A DNA stretch of 63,948 bases, the filler included, from Lenisia limosa (taxonomy: Eukaryota; Protista; Breviatea), in the NCBI GenBank assembly GCA_001655205.1. It is 12 parts of 12 records of this genome, joined end to end, with 100 filler letters (N's around TTAATTAATTAA, not from the genome) between each part and the next. Parts side by side here need not be neighbours in the genome. Positions count along the whole stretch, not along the records: positions 3,437 to 17,860 come from LPNZ01011528.1; positions 17,961 to 19,362 come from LPNZ01004567.1; positions 19,463 to 22,792 come from LPNZ01002090.1; positions 22,893 to 30,181 come from LPNZ01007265.1; 8 more parts are not named here. One strand, written 5' to 3'. A program made the position numbers and the translations under genes. How positions within the stretch are numbered: the first letter of the stretch is position 1; the number at the start of each line of letters is the position of its first letter. Under the pieces are notes generated by a model. The model was given only the letters and a program-made list of their open reading frames with translations, searched no databases and had not been told where the DNA came from. Shown here piece after piece: positions 11,256 to 23,315 of this stretch.

Positions 11256-14200
11256 ATGAATCATGTAGCAGCCTTCCTTCTACTCTTCTCCCTCTTCTTT
11301 GTATCTTATGGAATTATCTACCCAAATATCAACTTTCTAGACCATTTTACTTTCTCAAGCAACGTTCAGATTGCAAATGTGGACTACATCGTTTTCATGT
11401 AAGCTTGGACTCCATATTTGGTGAAATAATACGACTCTTTTCGGTAATAGAATAGGAATATTTTGCGTTGATGTTGTTTTTTGAGTCTAGCGGGTGTTCT
11501 GTTTGGGTCACATTTGAGTGCTTCTCATTTCTCAATTTGGAAGTTCTTCTTTGTGTACCAGTTCTTTATTACTGTTGTCGAAAATTGAAACTTTCAAACA
11601 TTTTCCCCTTTTTATGGACTTTTTGCTACTATATCTTGCTCCATATGCTGGATGCATTTCCTCCCCATATTGCACGGGATAGTTTCATTCTATTGCTAGT
11701 CATTCCCATTATTTTATCTTCCTCATTTTCCTTCCCCTATTTCTCCATCAATCCTGTAGTCGTGACAGCACCCGGGTGTCGCATGCCGCTGAGTCCGTGT
11801 TCCTCAACGTTGCCGACGGCTATCGAGGTTGGGCGTGGAGAGCAAAGATGTGTTGGGGGTGAAGAGCACAGATAGGTAGGTTGGGGTGGAAATATGGAAG
11901 CAGAGTTTTATTAATTTTTCTAAAGTGATCTTTTGATCTTGAGCTATGACGACCTGGTAACGAATGTTAGTTAGAGCTCAAGGGTAGATATGTATCATAA
12001 ATGTTGGTGGGTGTTCAAGAGCTCAGCTTCCTAGAGCACCTCCATCACTGATGTGAATTAGTTCTTTGCTTGTGATATTTTGTGATCAATTTGTTAATGA
12101 CTTTCATGTTTCACTCATCCAGACGAGAACCGCACAAACATCAAGTTCGGTATTATCGAGGCACGAGGCAATCTAGAGTTCATTCGGAAGTTCAAGGTTG
12201 ACGCTATCCCGTCGGCTCTTTGCTTTAGGTTGGCGTGGTGCTAACTGTGATTGGGTAAGGTAGATGAATATAATTATTTGCTGTCTTTGAAAACTTGGAG
12301 TCTTGACAAGTTATAAACCTTTTTGTTTAATGTTGACTCATTTTTTACTGAGAAACTGCCATCACGTCACTTTAGGGACGGAGTGGGGTGGAAATTAGAC
12401 GGCAATTTCACGGTGGAGTATTTCCATGACATCATTGCTATGATTGATAGTCCCGATGTGATTCATGTCCCTTCTGTTGAGGTATGTTGAGGTCATGACC
12501 AAGTAACAACCGTGTTTTATGCAGCTCTCTGTGTTATGCTTTTAGTGGCCCTATCTGTTTTGTGGTTTTCACACAACAAATAATGATTCTTATGAACCTA
12601 ATGATATGTAGGCTGCCTCTGACATACTGGAGAAGAACCCTGGCAGGGCAATGGCAATAATGTTTGCCCCCACCTTGTCACATGATGGTTTGGGGATAGT
12701 GTTTGGGGATAGTGTTTGGCAAAACGCAATGGTATTCTTCAGTGAACATAAAGCTGAATTCTTTTTATCGTATATCCGTTTTTATCGACAATGTGAGGGT
12801 TCCGTGGATTGCTGCCGCTGTTATTCGTATTTGACCTGATTTTATCTTTGTTCGTATGTACTAGTATATATATTTCACGATTATATACCCATCCCCCTTC
12901 TGACATTTCAGCCTTCATCCCATTCCTCCATCCCCATTCTGACATTTCAGCCTTCATCCCATTCCTCCTTGTGGGGCGGCAGCTCTTCAATGGTGACACG
13001 TTGTTTTTATCATGCGTGCGGAAGGCTGTTGCAGCGCAGTATGGGGGGGGGGGTAATCAAACGGTAGCCTCCAATGTCAGGAAGGACCATTATTGGGGAC
13101 AGAGGACTTTGTAATGCGATTGTTTTAATTAGATTCTGTTTATGGTGATATCAATCATTCGTACATACGAAATGATATGGAATTATATTGAATATAATGT
13201 GTCAACCACCCGTTTATCAGCCGATACTCACCCTATCAGGTTTGGTATACAGTCAGGTGGCAACGCCCTCCTCGCCGTCCGTCTTCCAAACGGCCACATG
13301 CACTACCTCAGACATCGCGCTGGTTTCAGCTTCCAGACTATCAGGTCGTTTGTCACCTCAAGTGTCGAAGATAATCTCGTGGGGAGAGGGGATGTAATTG
13401 TGTAATCTGCCAAAGCTTGTGATCAACCCTTCTCCCATCCTTCCTTCTCCAAAGAAAGCCATTTTTGGTTGTTGTCTATGCTTACGATTTTGTTTAAATG
13501 TGTTGATTTTCACAGAATTGTTCTGATCTTCATAGGTGGCTTTGACCAAAGACAACATGGAAGCAGTATTAAGCCATTCGCCGCTACTCATTGCCTTCCA
13601 CAACCGGGCTAACTCAACTGCTGTGTCGCTCATGAGAAGCATCATCAATATTCCTGAGGTAAGAAAGCTTCATTTTACTCCTAAAGAAGTGTTTTTATTT
13701 GCATTATCCCAGTCACATTTCTATCATGTTTGTCAGACCGTCATCCTTAAAACATTCACATTTCAAGCTTGGTGGTACGCATTTGCAGTTTGCCTCGGCT
13801 AGTTTCGACGAAGCACCAGGTGGGTATAGGCTCTTCTTCAAATTATGCACCATTTTGGCGACGCTGTGCAGTGGGGGTTGACATGAGTTTTCTTTCCATT
13901 TTGGTAATGTTGAATTAAAATCCCTGAAGATCAGTGAGACATAGGGTGGTGTAATCAGTGAGACATAGGGTGGTGTAATGTTTACCAGGGAAAAGTTGCT
14001 TATTCAAAGAAGTTCCCCATACTTTTCTGATTTGATGCGTATTTCACCCAGTAGGCTTGGCGGAGTATTTCGACTTTCTCCCTGCTATTTGGCGAGCCAA
14101 CCAGACCCTTCCTCTTGGGGGTTTGGACGAGGGTCTTCCGGCTCACTTCGACTTTGAATTTGATTATTGGTCTCGTGCCATTAGTGTATGATGGGGTTGG

Positions 14201-17200
14201 GTCCATGTTGTTTTAATTTAGAAATCGACCTAATCCATTTTTTATCAGCTTTCATTTTCACAGATGTCATCTTTTGGATTTGGGCTCTTTACTGATGGGC
14301 CAGATTATACCTTCAGACTGTCAACAAACACATCTTCAAATGTGGGTGGTATTCCAAGCCCATGATGACAAATACCTAAGTTTTATTGAATAAAAGCGGA
14401 CTCACACCTTCAGGACTTGCTATCGTGGGTTGCTCAAGCCACAATGGCTGGTAAAAAGGTTTGTTAACCTACTGTTTTTTTTAGAGAAATAGTACTATTG
14501 TTGTTCTTCCCCCTTTTTATGCCTTATTCATGCCTCTAGGGAACACCTGAGGCTAACAAGTGTCCGTCTGCTCGCGAGATCTCCTGCCCTAGTCTGATCG
14601 AAGCCGGAACGGAAGCTTATTTAAAGGTATTCTGGGGGTACAGCTGGGTTGGGAGGTGCGTAATAGACTCTTTTTTCGCGAACGACCCATATCTTCATTG
14701 GTGTAAAGTAACAGAATTGGATATCTGACTTGTCCAGGAGGATCGTGATTCCGCCTTGAGCTGCTTTGAGAGTTGCTTGGCGTTAAGGTGAGTGTCAATT
14801 TTTTCCATTGTGGTTCCTTATAGTAATAGTGATATTTACCCCACACACTGAACCAAGTGCAAAATGATTTACCCGATTTTTCTCAAACGTGAATTTTGGT
14901 GTTTTAGCTGTTGTTTTTTGTATCCCCTCCCATCAATATTCCTCATTTCGCCATAAATTTTCACCCCACCCCTCAGACCAAACCTTCACCCACCCCCTCA
15001 GACCAAACCACGTTGCAGCTAACAGTAACCTGGCTTTGATCGCATTGTCTCAGGCTAAATACCCCAAAGCCCTTGTGCTTATGCAGGTGAGGGGAGTGAG
15101 ATTGCTCCTGTTAACTTAGTAACGTGATGATGTGTTAAGCTCCTTCCAATTTGAATGGCTGATGGACACACCTTTTTTTATTGTCNNNNNNNNNNNNNNN
15201 NNNNNNNNNNNNNNNNNNNNNNNNNNNNNNNNNNNNNNNNNNNNNNNNNNNNNNNNNNNNNNNNNNNNNNNNNNNNNNNNNNNNNNNNNNNNNNNNNNNN
15301 NNNNNNNNNNNNNNNNNNNNNNNNNNNNNNNNNNNNNNNNNNNNNNNNNCCTCATTTATCAATTGTTCTTTTGCCAATAGAGCTCTCAGATTGAATCGAT
15401 ATTACATTTATCTCACTCACAGGCCCTTGTACTTCGCGACCGTTTGGATGGAATGGCGGCGTCAAACCACGTCCACCTCATCTTCGAGCACCTTCGCATC
15501 CCCATGTTCAATGCCCACATCTGTCTCAGCAAGGTTGGTTGGTCTTTTTAACTGTGACAACGCTACGTTGCGTTTTACTCGGACATACAACAAAAAAGTC
15601 AGATTTCTACCTATGTTTTCATTTTGCCTCCCCCGCCCCCTGTTTATTTTGTTGTTATCAACCCTTGCATGTTGTCAGCCAACAGAGTTGATTTTGGGCT
15701 TTTTTGTTTCATAAATTTTTCAATTTACCCCCNNNNNNNNNNNNNNNNNNNNNNNNNNNNNNNNNNNNNNNNNNNNNNNNNNNNNNNNNNNNNNNNNNNN
15801 NNNNNNNNNNNNNNNNNNNNNNNNNNNNNNNNNNNNNNNNNNNNNNNNNNNNNNNNNNNNNNNNNNNGCGTCCATCAGATGCTCGGCCGCGAGCCTTCTG
15901 CTGGAGTTCGGTCATTTGGACGAAGCGCTGGAGGTGGGGGGGGGTATCGTGTGTGTGTGTGTGCGTTTGGAACCCTCATGTGTCTTTGATATTGAGCAAA
16001 GTTGTTTTAATATGTCCATTTTTCACCCCCTCAGAACTTTGAACAGTGTATTCCGGTGCTGCATCTAACAGAAGACGGCGGGTGGTGCGAAACAGTGCGT
16101 GGGGATGATTTTTTTGCTCAATGTTGGTTTTCAACAGCACTAATCAGAGAAAATCGCCAAGATACTCTATGATACTACTATTATATATTTCTTCCACGTT
16201 TGAGCAATATGTGGTATATTCAAAAAACTGTTTGTGTGTATATTTCCCCTGATATATCCAGCACTTTACTCATCCCTCAGATGTTGGTAGAACCACACAT
16301 CTCATGCAGTCACGTCGCAAATGACACGTTCTCAGCTCTGCACCTCGCATTAGTGGATTACATTGACACTCTCAGTCAAATGGGTATGAGGAGTCTTTTC
16401 CATGTGGTTTATGACCATTTTTGAGTATGTGCTGTATGTTTGTGAAATGATGGAGAATTATGCATGTCTACCTTATCACCCCCCCTGCGCAGGTCAGCAC
16501 AAAAAAGCAGTCACATGTGCCCAGGAGCTCATGATAACAGTGTCAAATGTTGAGGCCTCCCTTGCCCTCTCTAAAGCCCTGAGAGCACAAGGAGACCATA
16601 AGGTGAGGAAAGCAAAATGAAGCAACGGGCATAGATGGCTTCTTTCTCTTGGATTTATTACTTCAATGCTAACAAACATCTTTTCATGGACCATGATGAA
16701 ATAGTAGTGCGGCTTTATTCTTCCCATGCAGTATAAGATAGTTTGTTCATGTATATTATATGTTAATATCATATGATATGATATNNNNNNNNNNNNNNNN
16801 NNNNNNNNNNNNNNNNNNNNNNNNNNNNNNNNNNNNNNNNNNNNNNNNNNNNNNNNNNNNNNNNNNNNNNNNNNNNNNNNNNNNNNNNNNNNNNNNNNNN
16901 NNNNNNNNNNNNNNNNNNNNNNNNNNNNNNNNNNNNNNNNNNNNNNNNNNNNNNNNNNTAGCGTTTTGAGTTGGTGTGATTATTATGCAATTATTGCCGT
17001 TTTTCATATTTCCTGGATAAAATTGAAATCTGAAGGAAAGGAATTCAGTAATGCTATTTCTATACCCCTCCATTGAATGCAGGCTACCGTCTGACTCCAC
17101 AGCCGGGGACAATCGCCTCGATATCGGGAGGCAACTGATGGCAACGTGTCAGATTGTGGCCACTGGCGAAGGTAATGGGGATGCCTCTAGTGTTGTATTT

Positions 17201-17805
17201 CTGGAGTAGCCCTTTTTATAAGCATTAGAGACCTATTAAGGGTTTTTTTCCCATTGGATATATCATATCGATATTCTATCATATTATATGTAGATATATC
17301 CCACTTTGCTTGCGGGGGAGATTTGTGTCCACATTGCGTAACCCCTTAGTCCATCGAGCGATGGCGGGTAACGGGTCTCAGATGGCTGCCTACGCAATGG
17401 GCCTCATTTATCTCTTCGAAGGGCTGGAGGTATTTGCTGGTTTTCTTTCTATAAATTTCGCTCTTCTTCCTTTGGTCTCCTTTGGATAACACTTGGTAAA
17501 TATACGGANNNNNNNNNNNNNNNNNNNNNNNNNNNNNNNNNNNNNNNNNNNNNNNNNNNNNNNNNNNNNNNNNNNNNNNNNNNNNNNNNNNNNNNNNNNN
17601 NNNNNNNNNNNNNNNNNNNNNNNNNNNNNNNNNNNNNNNNNNNNNNNNNNNNNNNNNNNNNNNNNNNNNNNNNNNNNNTTCAAATTGTTTTCCAATTTAC
17701 CCCCCCTCCTCAGACCGAGGCTGAGTACCACCTTGCCAGGGTGACAAGTGCTGGCGGTCCCTCAGCCCAGGTGTCTGCTATTGCCGCTACCACCGCAAGC
17801 CTCAG
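11256..17805 (+). CDS. Secreted/ER protein: signal peptide + about four thioredoxin-like (PDI-type, no CXXC) domains + TPR repeats; 3' end lost at spacer
   Basis: About 20 exons, phases checked through 15570 (11256-11398, 11760-11827, 12123-12228, 12376-12481, 12612-12687, 12743-12792, ...). Reads MNHVAAFLLLFSLFFVSYG..IKFGIIEARGNLEFIRKFKVDAIPSALCFRDGVGWKLDGNFTVEYFHDIIAM..QFGIQSGGNALLAVRLPNG..VALTKDNMEAVLSHSPLLIAF..DLLSWV. TPR-like helices follow: LIEAGTEAYLKEDRDSALSCFESCLALRPNHVAANSNLALIALSQAKYPKAL, ASLLLEFGHLDEALE, AAYAMGLIYLFEG. Confidence 0.75.
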
Positions 17806-18076
17806 GTTAGGGGGCAGTCGATGGGTCAACGACAACGAGTATTGCGCGGATTTGTTGACANNNNNNNNNNNNNNNNNNNNNNNNNNNNNNNNNNNNNNNN
17901 NNNNTTAATTAATTAANNNNNNNNNNNNNNNNNNNNNNNNNNNNNNNNNNNNNNNNNNNNCTCAAGTACCCGTTGCTTCCGCTATCAAAAGACCTCGTCC
18001 AAACTTTGCCAAATTATCCAGTCATTTGACAAACCAAAGGTGCCAATTTTGATTTGAATTGTATTTACCATTCAGG

Positions 18077-18750
18077 CCAAACTTACTGGATGTTAATAGC
18101 TACCCCACATTTGAACCAGATGTAGTCTTACCCACGTATCCTCCAAGTCCTGAGGTTTGTGGTGGTTATTCATGTTACATTGAGAAGACTCTTAGTTATA
18201 ATGTAGCCTGAGGAAATCTTCTCAAGTGAACACGATTTCAATTTGACTATCGAAATATTTGATGTAATTGAGATGGCAAGAAGTCGGCCAATTTGGGGGA
18301 AGTTTGCAGTTGGGAAGTTGACTGAGAAGAACACACTTTTCCCCGATACTGTCAATGTCAATAAAGCTGATGAGGCTGACTTAGACAAGGATGAAGTCTC
18401 ACTTTCTCCTTTTGAACCGGAAGTTGTCACTGAAAGAGAAGTAATCGAAGACGAGAGTTGTAAAAACCATGAAAATGGCATTCAAGAAGATGAAAAGCAA
18501 GATATCAGTTGTGTTGATCACGAAAAGTTGGTATCATGCCTCTCATTCATGTATTTTAGAATTGATGACCTCCTTGAAGTTCCTCCTGACTTGGATGACT
18601 TACTTGACCTGGATAATGACTTTGGTATATAGTAAATAAAATATAGATCTTTTGGGATGCTAAACCACACCTTTAATTTTTGTAGATCAAAATGCTCAAG
18701 TTCAGGAGCCAGATGTCTCAAATTGGGAAGATGATCTTGATGATTTAGAG
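18077..18750 (+). CDS. Exons of an acidic, low-complexity protein (partial)
   Basis: Long exon of about 18208-18530 (..EEIFSSEHDFNLTIEIFDVIEMARSRPIWGKF..CVDHEKL), then IDDLLEVPPDLDDLLDLDNDF and DQNAQVQEPDVSNWEDDLDDLE, with AG/GT boundaries. Confidence 0.5.
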
Positions 18751-20134
18751 GTTTGTAATTGTTTTGCACAAATAATTGTGGCATATTGAATTGAATGAAC
18801 TATATTATTATGGCGAAGTGTATAGGTTAAACCAATGAGTTCCGTTTAAGAAAAATTAGACAATATTAGATAGTGACATTTGTATTGCACCACAATTAAT
18901 CTCATTACTGCCTCCATCCCCATCCCAATTCCGAAATTTATTGTTCAGCAAGACATGGGCTTCTCCCAATTCAGCTTCTAAAATCACAGTTGNNNNNNNN
19001 NNATATTGGTTTTTCTTCCCACTAAGGCGGAGTCCCACTGACAACCACACATAACATGAAACAAGAGAATTATAATGTCAATTTATAACGTAACACAACT
19101 TGACCAGATCATTAAGTCATCTTTAGATATGAACTCTGGATATAAGTAGAAAGTGTTGAGAAGGTTAGAAGTTGGTTAGAAGAAGTCAAGAAAGAATGTC
19201 ATAGAGTTGTAATAGAGAATGGGAGAGGAATTTGGTGAATAGCGCACCGCCGCCGAACCTTTTTGAAAAAAAAAAAAAATAACAGAAAATGCCACAAAAA
19301 GTAGTTAAAAGCAAACAGTTATACAACTTACTGAGGTTTTTCCGGAGAAAAACACATTTATCNNNNNNNNNNNNNNNNNNNNNNNNNNNNNNNNNNNNNN
19401 NNNNNNTTAATTAATTAANNNNNNNNNNNNNNNNNNNNNNNNNNNNNNNNNNNNNNNNNNNNGTGACTACCTTTGATGACGGTAGCGAGACCCTTCCAGA
19501 GGGGGTCGAGTTTTAGCGGAATCACGATAGAATGCAATTGTTTTGTTGTGTGTTACTTAGTTTTTTTTTTTGAAATTTTTAGGGTTTTCCTTTCCTCGAT
19601 GATTCATGTTTTAAACAGTTTAACAGTTACTTTCCTGGGGTGTTTCAGGCAATATTTTGGAGTATAGTATATATATCGATATATATATGATACATGTTTT
19701 GATTATTATTTTATTGTATAAATTTTACAAATTAAAACAATTAATTGCCAGCAATTGCCAGTCTATTCCCCAATACACTGTAAAATTTACCAATTTGTAG
19801 CTACCATACCCACTGTGATCATCCTTCGGATTTATAATTCCACCCAGAATAATGAATGTACGGTGGGACTGTGGACCCCCTTGTAACTATATAAAAACTA
19901 ATTTTTCTTGAAAGAAAACATTATTTATTTCCAGTCACACATAATACAATTACACAACACTAAACAAACACAGAACAAGCCGATAGCAGACAATTACATT
20001 TGCATTTGTGTTAGTTTTCCCAGCCTTAGCTCGATCTAGGCAAACAACGCTTCTATTTTTGAATATAATTGATATATAGCACAGTTGTGAGGGACCACAC
20101 CTTCTTTCACGGGTGATCTGTCTTCGCCACCCTA

Positions 20135-22727
20135 ATGCGAAGCCCTTCAGCCTTGCTCCTCGCTTTTTTGGCGGTTTTATTTGCCCAGATAGCCGTAATA
20201 CAGACCTTGTATGTCTCCAACGACGACGTCAGTAGTGTCCCCACGCCTCCATCGATCACTGTCAGCTCCGGATCGGAGTTTGGCAGCAGTGTCACGACTA
20301 TTGGATTCAACCAAACAGATGACAATGGCATAATTGTTGTTGTTGCCGGGGCGGAACAAATCATTTATCTTCGAACGGTCACACCGTCTGGTATGAGTGG
20401 TTACTGGAAATTTGGTAGATTATTCATGTCACCCAGCAGTCAATATGATATTATTCATGTTATTCAACAATCAATATAATACCCTTGATAAGTTTTAATC
20501 AATATGATCTGATTTCCTCATCAAAATGTTCATACCTTACTCCAACTAGGTGCTTTGTTTGTTTTGTTGTTTACAAGCCTCTGTCGCTAAACAACAGAGT
20601 TGATTTGATGCTTTTTTTTGTTTCATAAATTTTCCAATTTTACCCCCCCCCCCAGGGTCATCCTACACCTCACTTGGCCGTAGTGGGCTGAGTGTCACGC
20701 CAACAGAGGTGATCAACTTCCCGTTCCCTTCCAGCCATATGGTAGTTAGTAACATCGGCAGGTTCCCCTCTGATGACGTTGGTATGGCGGGGGCAGGTTT
20801 ATTATTATTATTATTATTATTATCATTATTTTGATTATGATTTATTTTGATTATAATTATGTCAGGGGGAGGGGTGTATTTTGATAATGATGTAGGGTGA
20901 TGGGGGGTGATATCCCTTTTCAATATTCCTTCTTCCCAACTAGTTTAACTTGGATTGTAGAGGACCTTGCAATTGGTCTTGTTGACGGCATTACCATCAT
21001 CAGAGGCAGGCCATCTGACCCCATGAACCCCTACGCTCATCCTTGTTTGGGGGACAATGGGTGTCATATTTTTTGTTTTTTTTCACAATAAATGACAAAT
21101 ATCATATACCAATGTATATAAGGCTTCACTTTGGTTCGAAATAATACTGAATTTCTCGATAAACCCTCGAAAACAATCGATATTTTACCAGTCATTTTCG
21201 AACCGAAGTGAAGCCCTACCAATAATTATGTGATAGTTTTAGAGAGGGGATGAAAAATCAATGTAGAGATGGGAAATCAAACAATGCTGTATTAAGCATG
21301 ACGATTGGAAACATAAAGAGGTCTTCCCTACGATCCGAATAAGACGGTCAAAATATCGATATTTGTTGTGTGATTATACTAATTATTGTTTATTTCACCA
21401 TGACAGATTACGACAGTTATACTACCCACATTTCTGCTGCTCTTGTTGGTGCGAGTGTTGGAGTAGGGGGGGGGGGGGGNNNNNNNNNNNNNNNNNNNNN
21501 NNNNNNNNNNNNNNNNNNNNNNNNNNNNNNNNNNNNNNNNNNNNNNNNNNNNNNNNNNNNNNNNNNNNNNNNNNNNNNNNNNNNNNNNNNNNNNNNNNNT
21601 GGCTCATTTTTATGAAACTATTTGGTTTATTCTTCAGGACTATTTTGCCTCATTGTTCAGGAATTTTTTGGCGAGAGCGTGGCGCTCATTCAGCAAACGG
21701 CGTCGAAGAAGTACATTGTTGTCGGCGCCCCGGGCCGGGGTGCTAAGGGTGCTGTTGTCCTGATCTGTCTTGTTCAGAAGACTGGTGATACTGATGGTGG
21801 GGGGGGGGTGAATCTATGTTCTCGAACTTTCAATAATCTATGTTCTCGAACTTTCAATAATCTATTTTCTCGAACTTACAATCATCTATTTTCTCGAACT
21901 TACAATTAACATTTCCATTCTCGAACTTACAATGATTTTCAATAATCTCTTCTAGTCCTGGAGATCTGGTCGCAGTCGATCTACGAGCCGACCGGAGCCA
22001 CTCCCGGAGCCGAATTCGGATCGGCCCTCTTCGTCCATCCCGAGGTGTGCGGGAGGTTAGGTAACGATTTATTTAAGACTATTCGTTTTTTTTGACAAGA
22101 GAAATATATGATATAGTATATACTATTAGAAATCTAGACAAATAAATACACAAACAGAGTTTATTTTCGGCTTTTGTTTGTTTCATAATATTCCAATTTC
22201 ACCCCGCAGGACCCCACGCACATTTGGGTTGGTATACCCGGATTCGACTCGGGCTACGGCGGCATAATGAGGCTGACTTTCAACGCCGACACCATGTCGA
22301 GTGGGGAGGGGTGAGGGCATTCCAATTTAAAAATTCAAAACTAGAACTATTTACATTACGCATGTATCGTAATACTCTCTTCTTCGAAACCCAGTACATG
22401 TACTAATTGCTTATCCCGACTAGTGAAGATAATCATTTACACACTGCTTACCTGTCAGAATGATAAAAGTGGATAAGAATCACATTCGGAGCTACAAACA
22501 ATGGATAAGCATACATGCACAAATAATTTTATCACAAGAGTGGATAAACATTCAGATGATATGATTCTATATTTTTGCGGTGAAGTCTCTAGGATCATAG
22601 AGATCTACACAAAAGAATCCCCTCCTTACTCCCCCACTCCCCCCAGTTACGGAGGAAAAAATCATGAGTAGCACGGAGTCTGGCGGCCTGGGTTCGGCAC
22701 TGGCCGGCCGAATGAATGCAGCAAGAC
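20135..22727 (+). CDS. Integrin-alpha-like FG-GAP beta-propeller protein with signal peptide; 3' part missing
   Basis: Signal peptide MRSPSALLLAFLAVLFAQIAVIQT. FG-GAP repeats across spliced exons: SEFGSSVTTIG..IVVVAGA; SNIGRFPSDDVEDLAIG (DxxxDGxxD-like); FFGESVAL..YIVVGAPG..GAV; GAEFGSAL..IWVGIPGFDSGYGGI; GGLGSALAG. Confidence 0.7.
21121..21216. mobile_element. MITE family B (~95 bp, ~20-bp TIR GGGCTTCACTTCGGTTCGAAAA), representative copy
   Basis: Terminal inverted repeats, often flanked by TA. Other copies: 22985-23079, 23130-23211, 32925-33024, 33434-33526, 33573-33670, 35380-35476, 36261-36357, 55359-55453; partial at ~6845-6885, ~48420-48480 and ~63880-63922. Confidence 0.85.
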
Positions 22728-23315
22728 GTTGGGGGGAGGAGAGTGGAGGTTATATACATGGATGTGGGGCGGACCGGGTGATAAATTAGGGCNNNNNNNN
22801 NNNNNNNNNNNNNNNNNNNNNNNNNNNNNNNNNNNNTTAATTAATTAANNNNNNNNNNNNNNNNNNNNNNNNNNNNNNNNNNNNNNNNNNNNTCAAATTC
22901 GAGATAATGCATCCATTCAAGATCTTGAACTACTAATGGTTGATGCCGTCCTCTTCTCATTGACATCCCCTTGTATTGTTATTTGGGCTTCCCTATGGTC
23001 CGAAAAAGACCATTAAAATATCGAAATTTATCGAGGATTTATCGGGAATTTAGTCTTTTTTTGGGACTGCAGAGAAGCCATAATTGTTATTCTCCAACGT
23101 GTCTTATCTTCCATTTTTACCCATTTCTTGAGTTTCACTTCGGTTCCAAAGAATTCGATAACCTTCGATATTTTATCGATATTATATCTGCTGGAACCTT
23201 AAATGAAGCTCTCCTCATTTCACTTCTCATTTTGTGGTTTATTTAATCTTGTCATGTTCATAGCTTTTCCGCTCGCAATCGACCAATACCCCCCTCGGAT
23301 ATCTGACTTGTTTAG

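Noticed and set aside
21800-21935. ~21-bp spaced repeats (AATCTATGTTCTCGAACTTTC) as a possible CRISPR array; also 25905-26030 and 44973-45100
   Set aside because: Contiguous degenerate tandem repeats without unique spacers, inside eukaryotic introns, with no cas genes.
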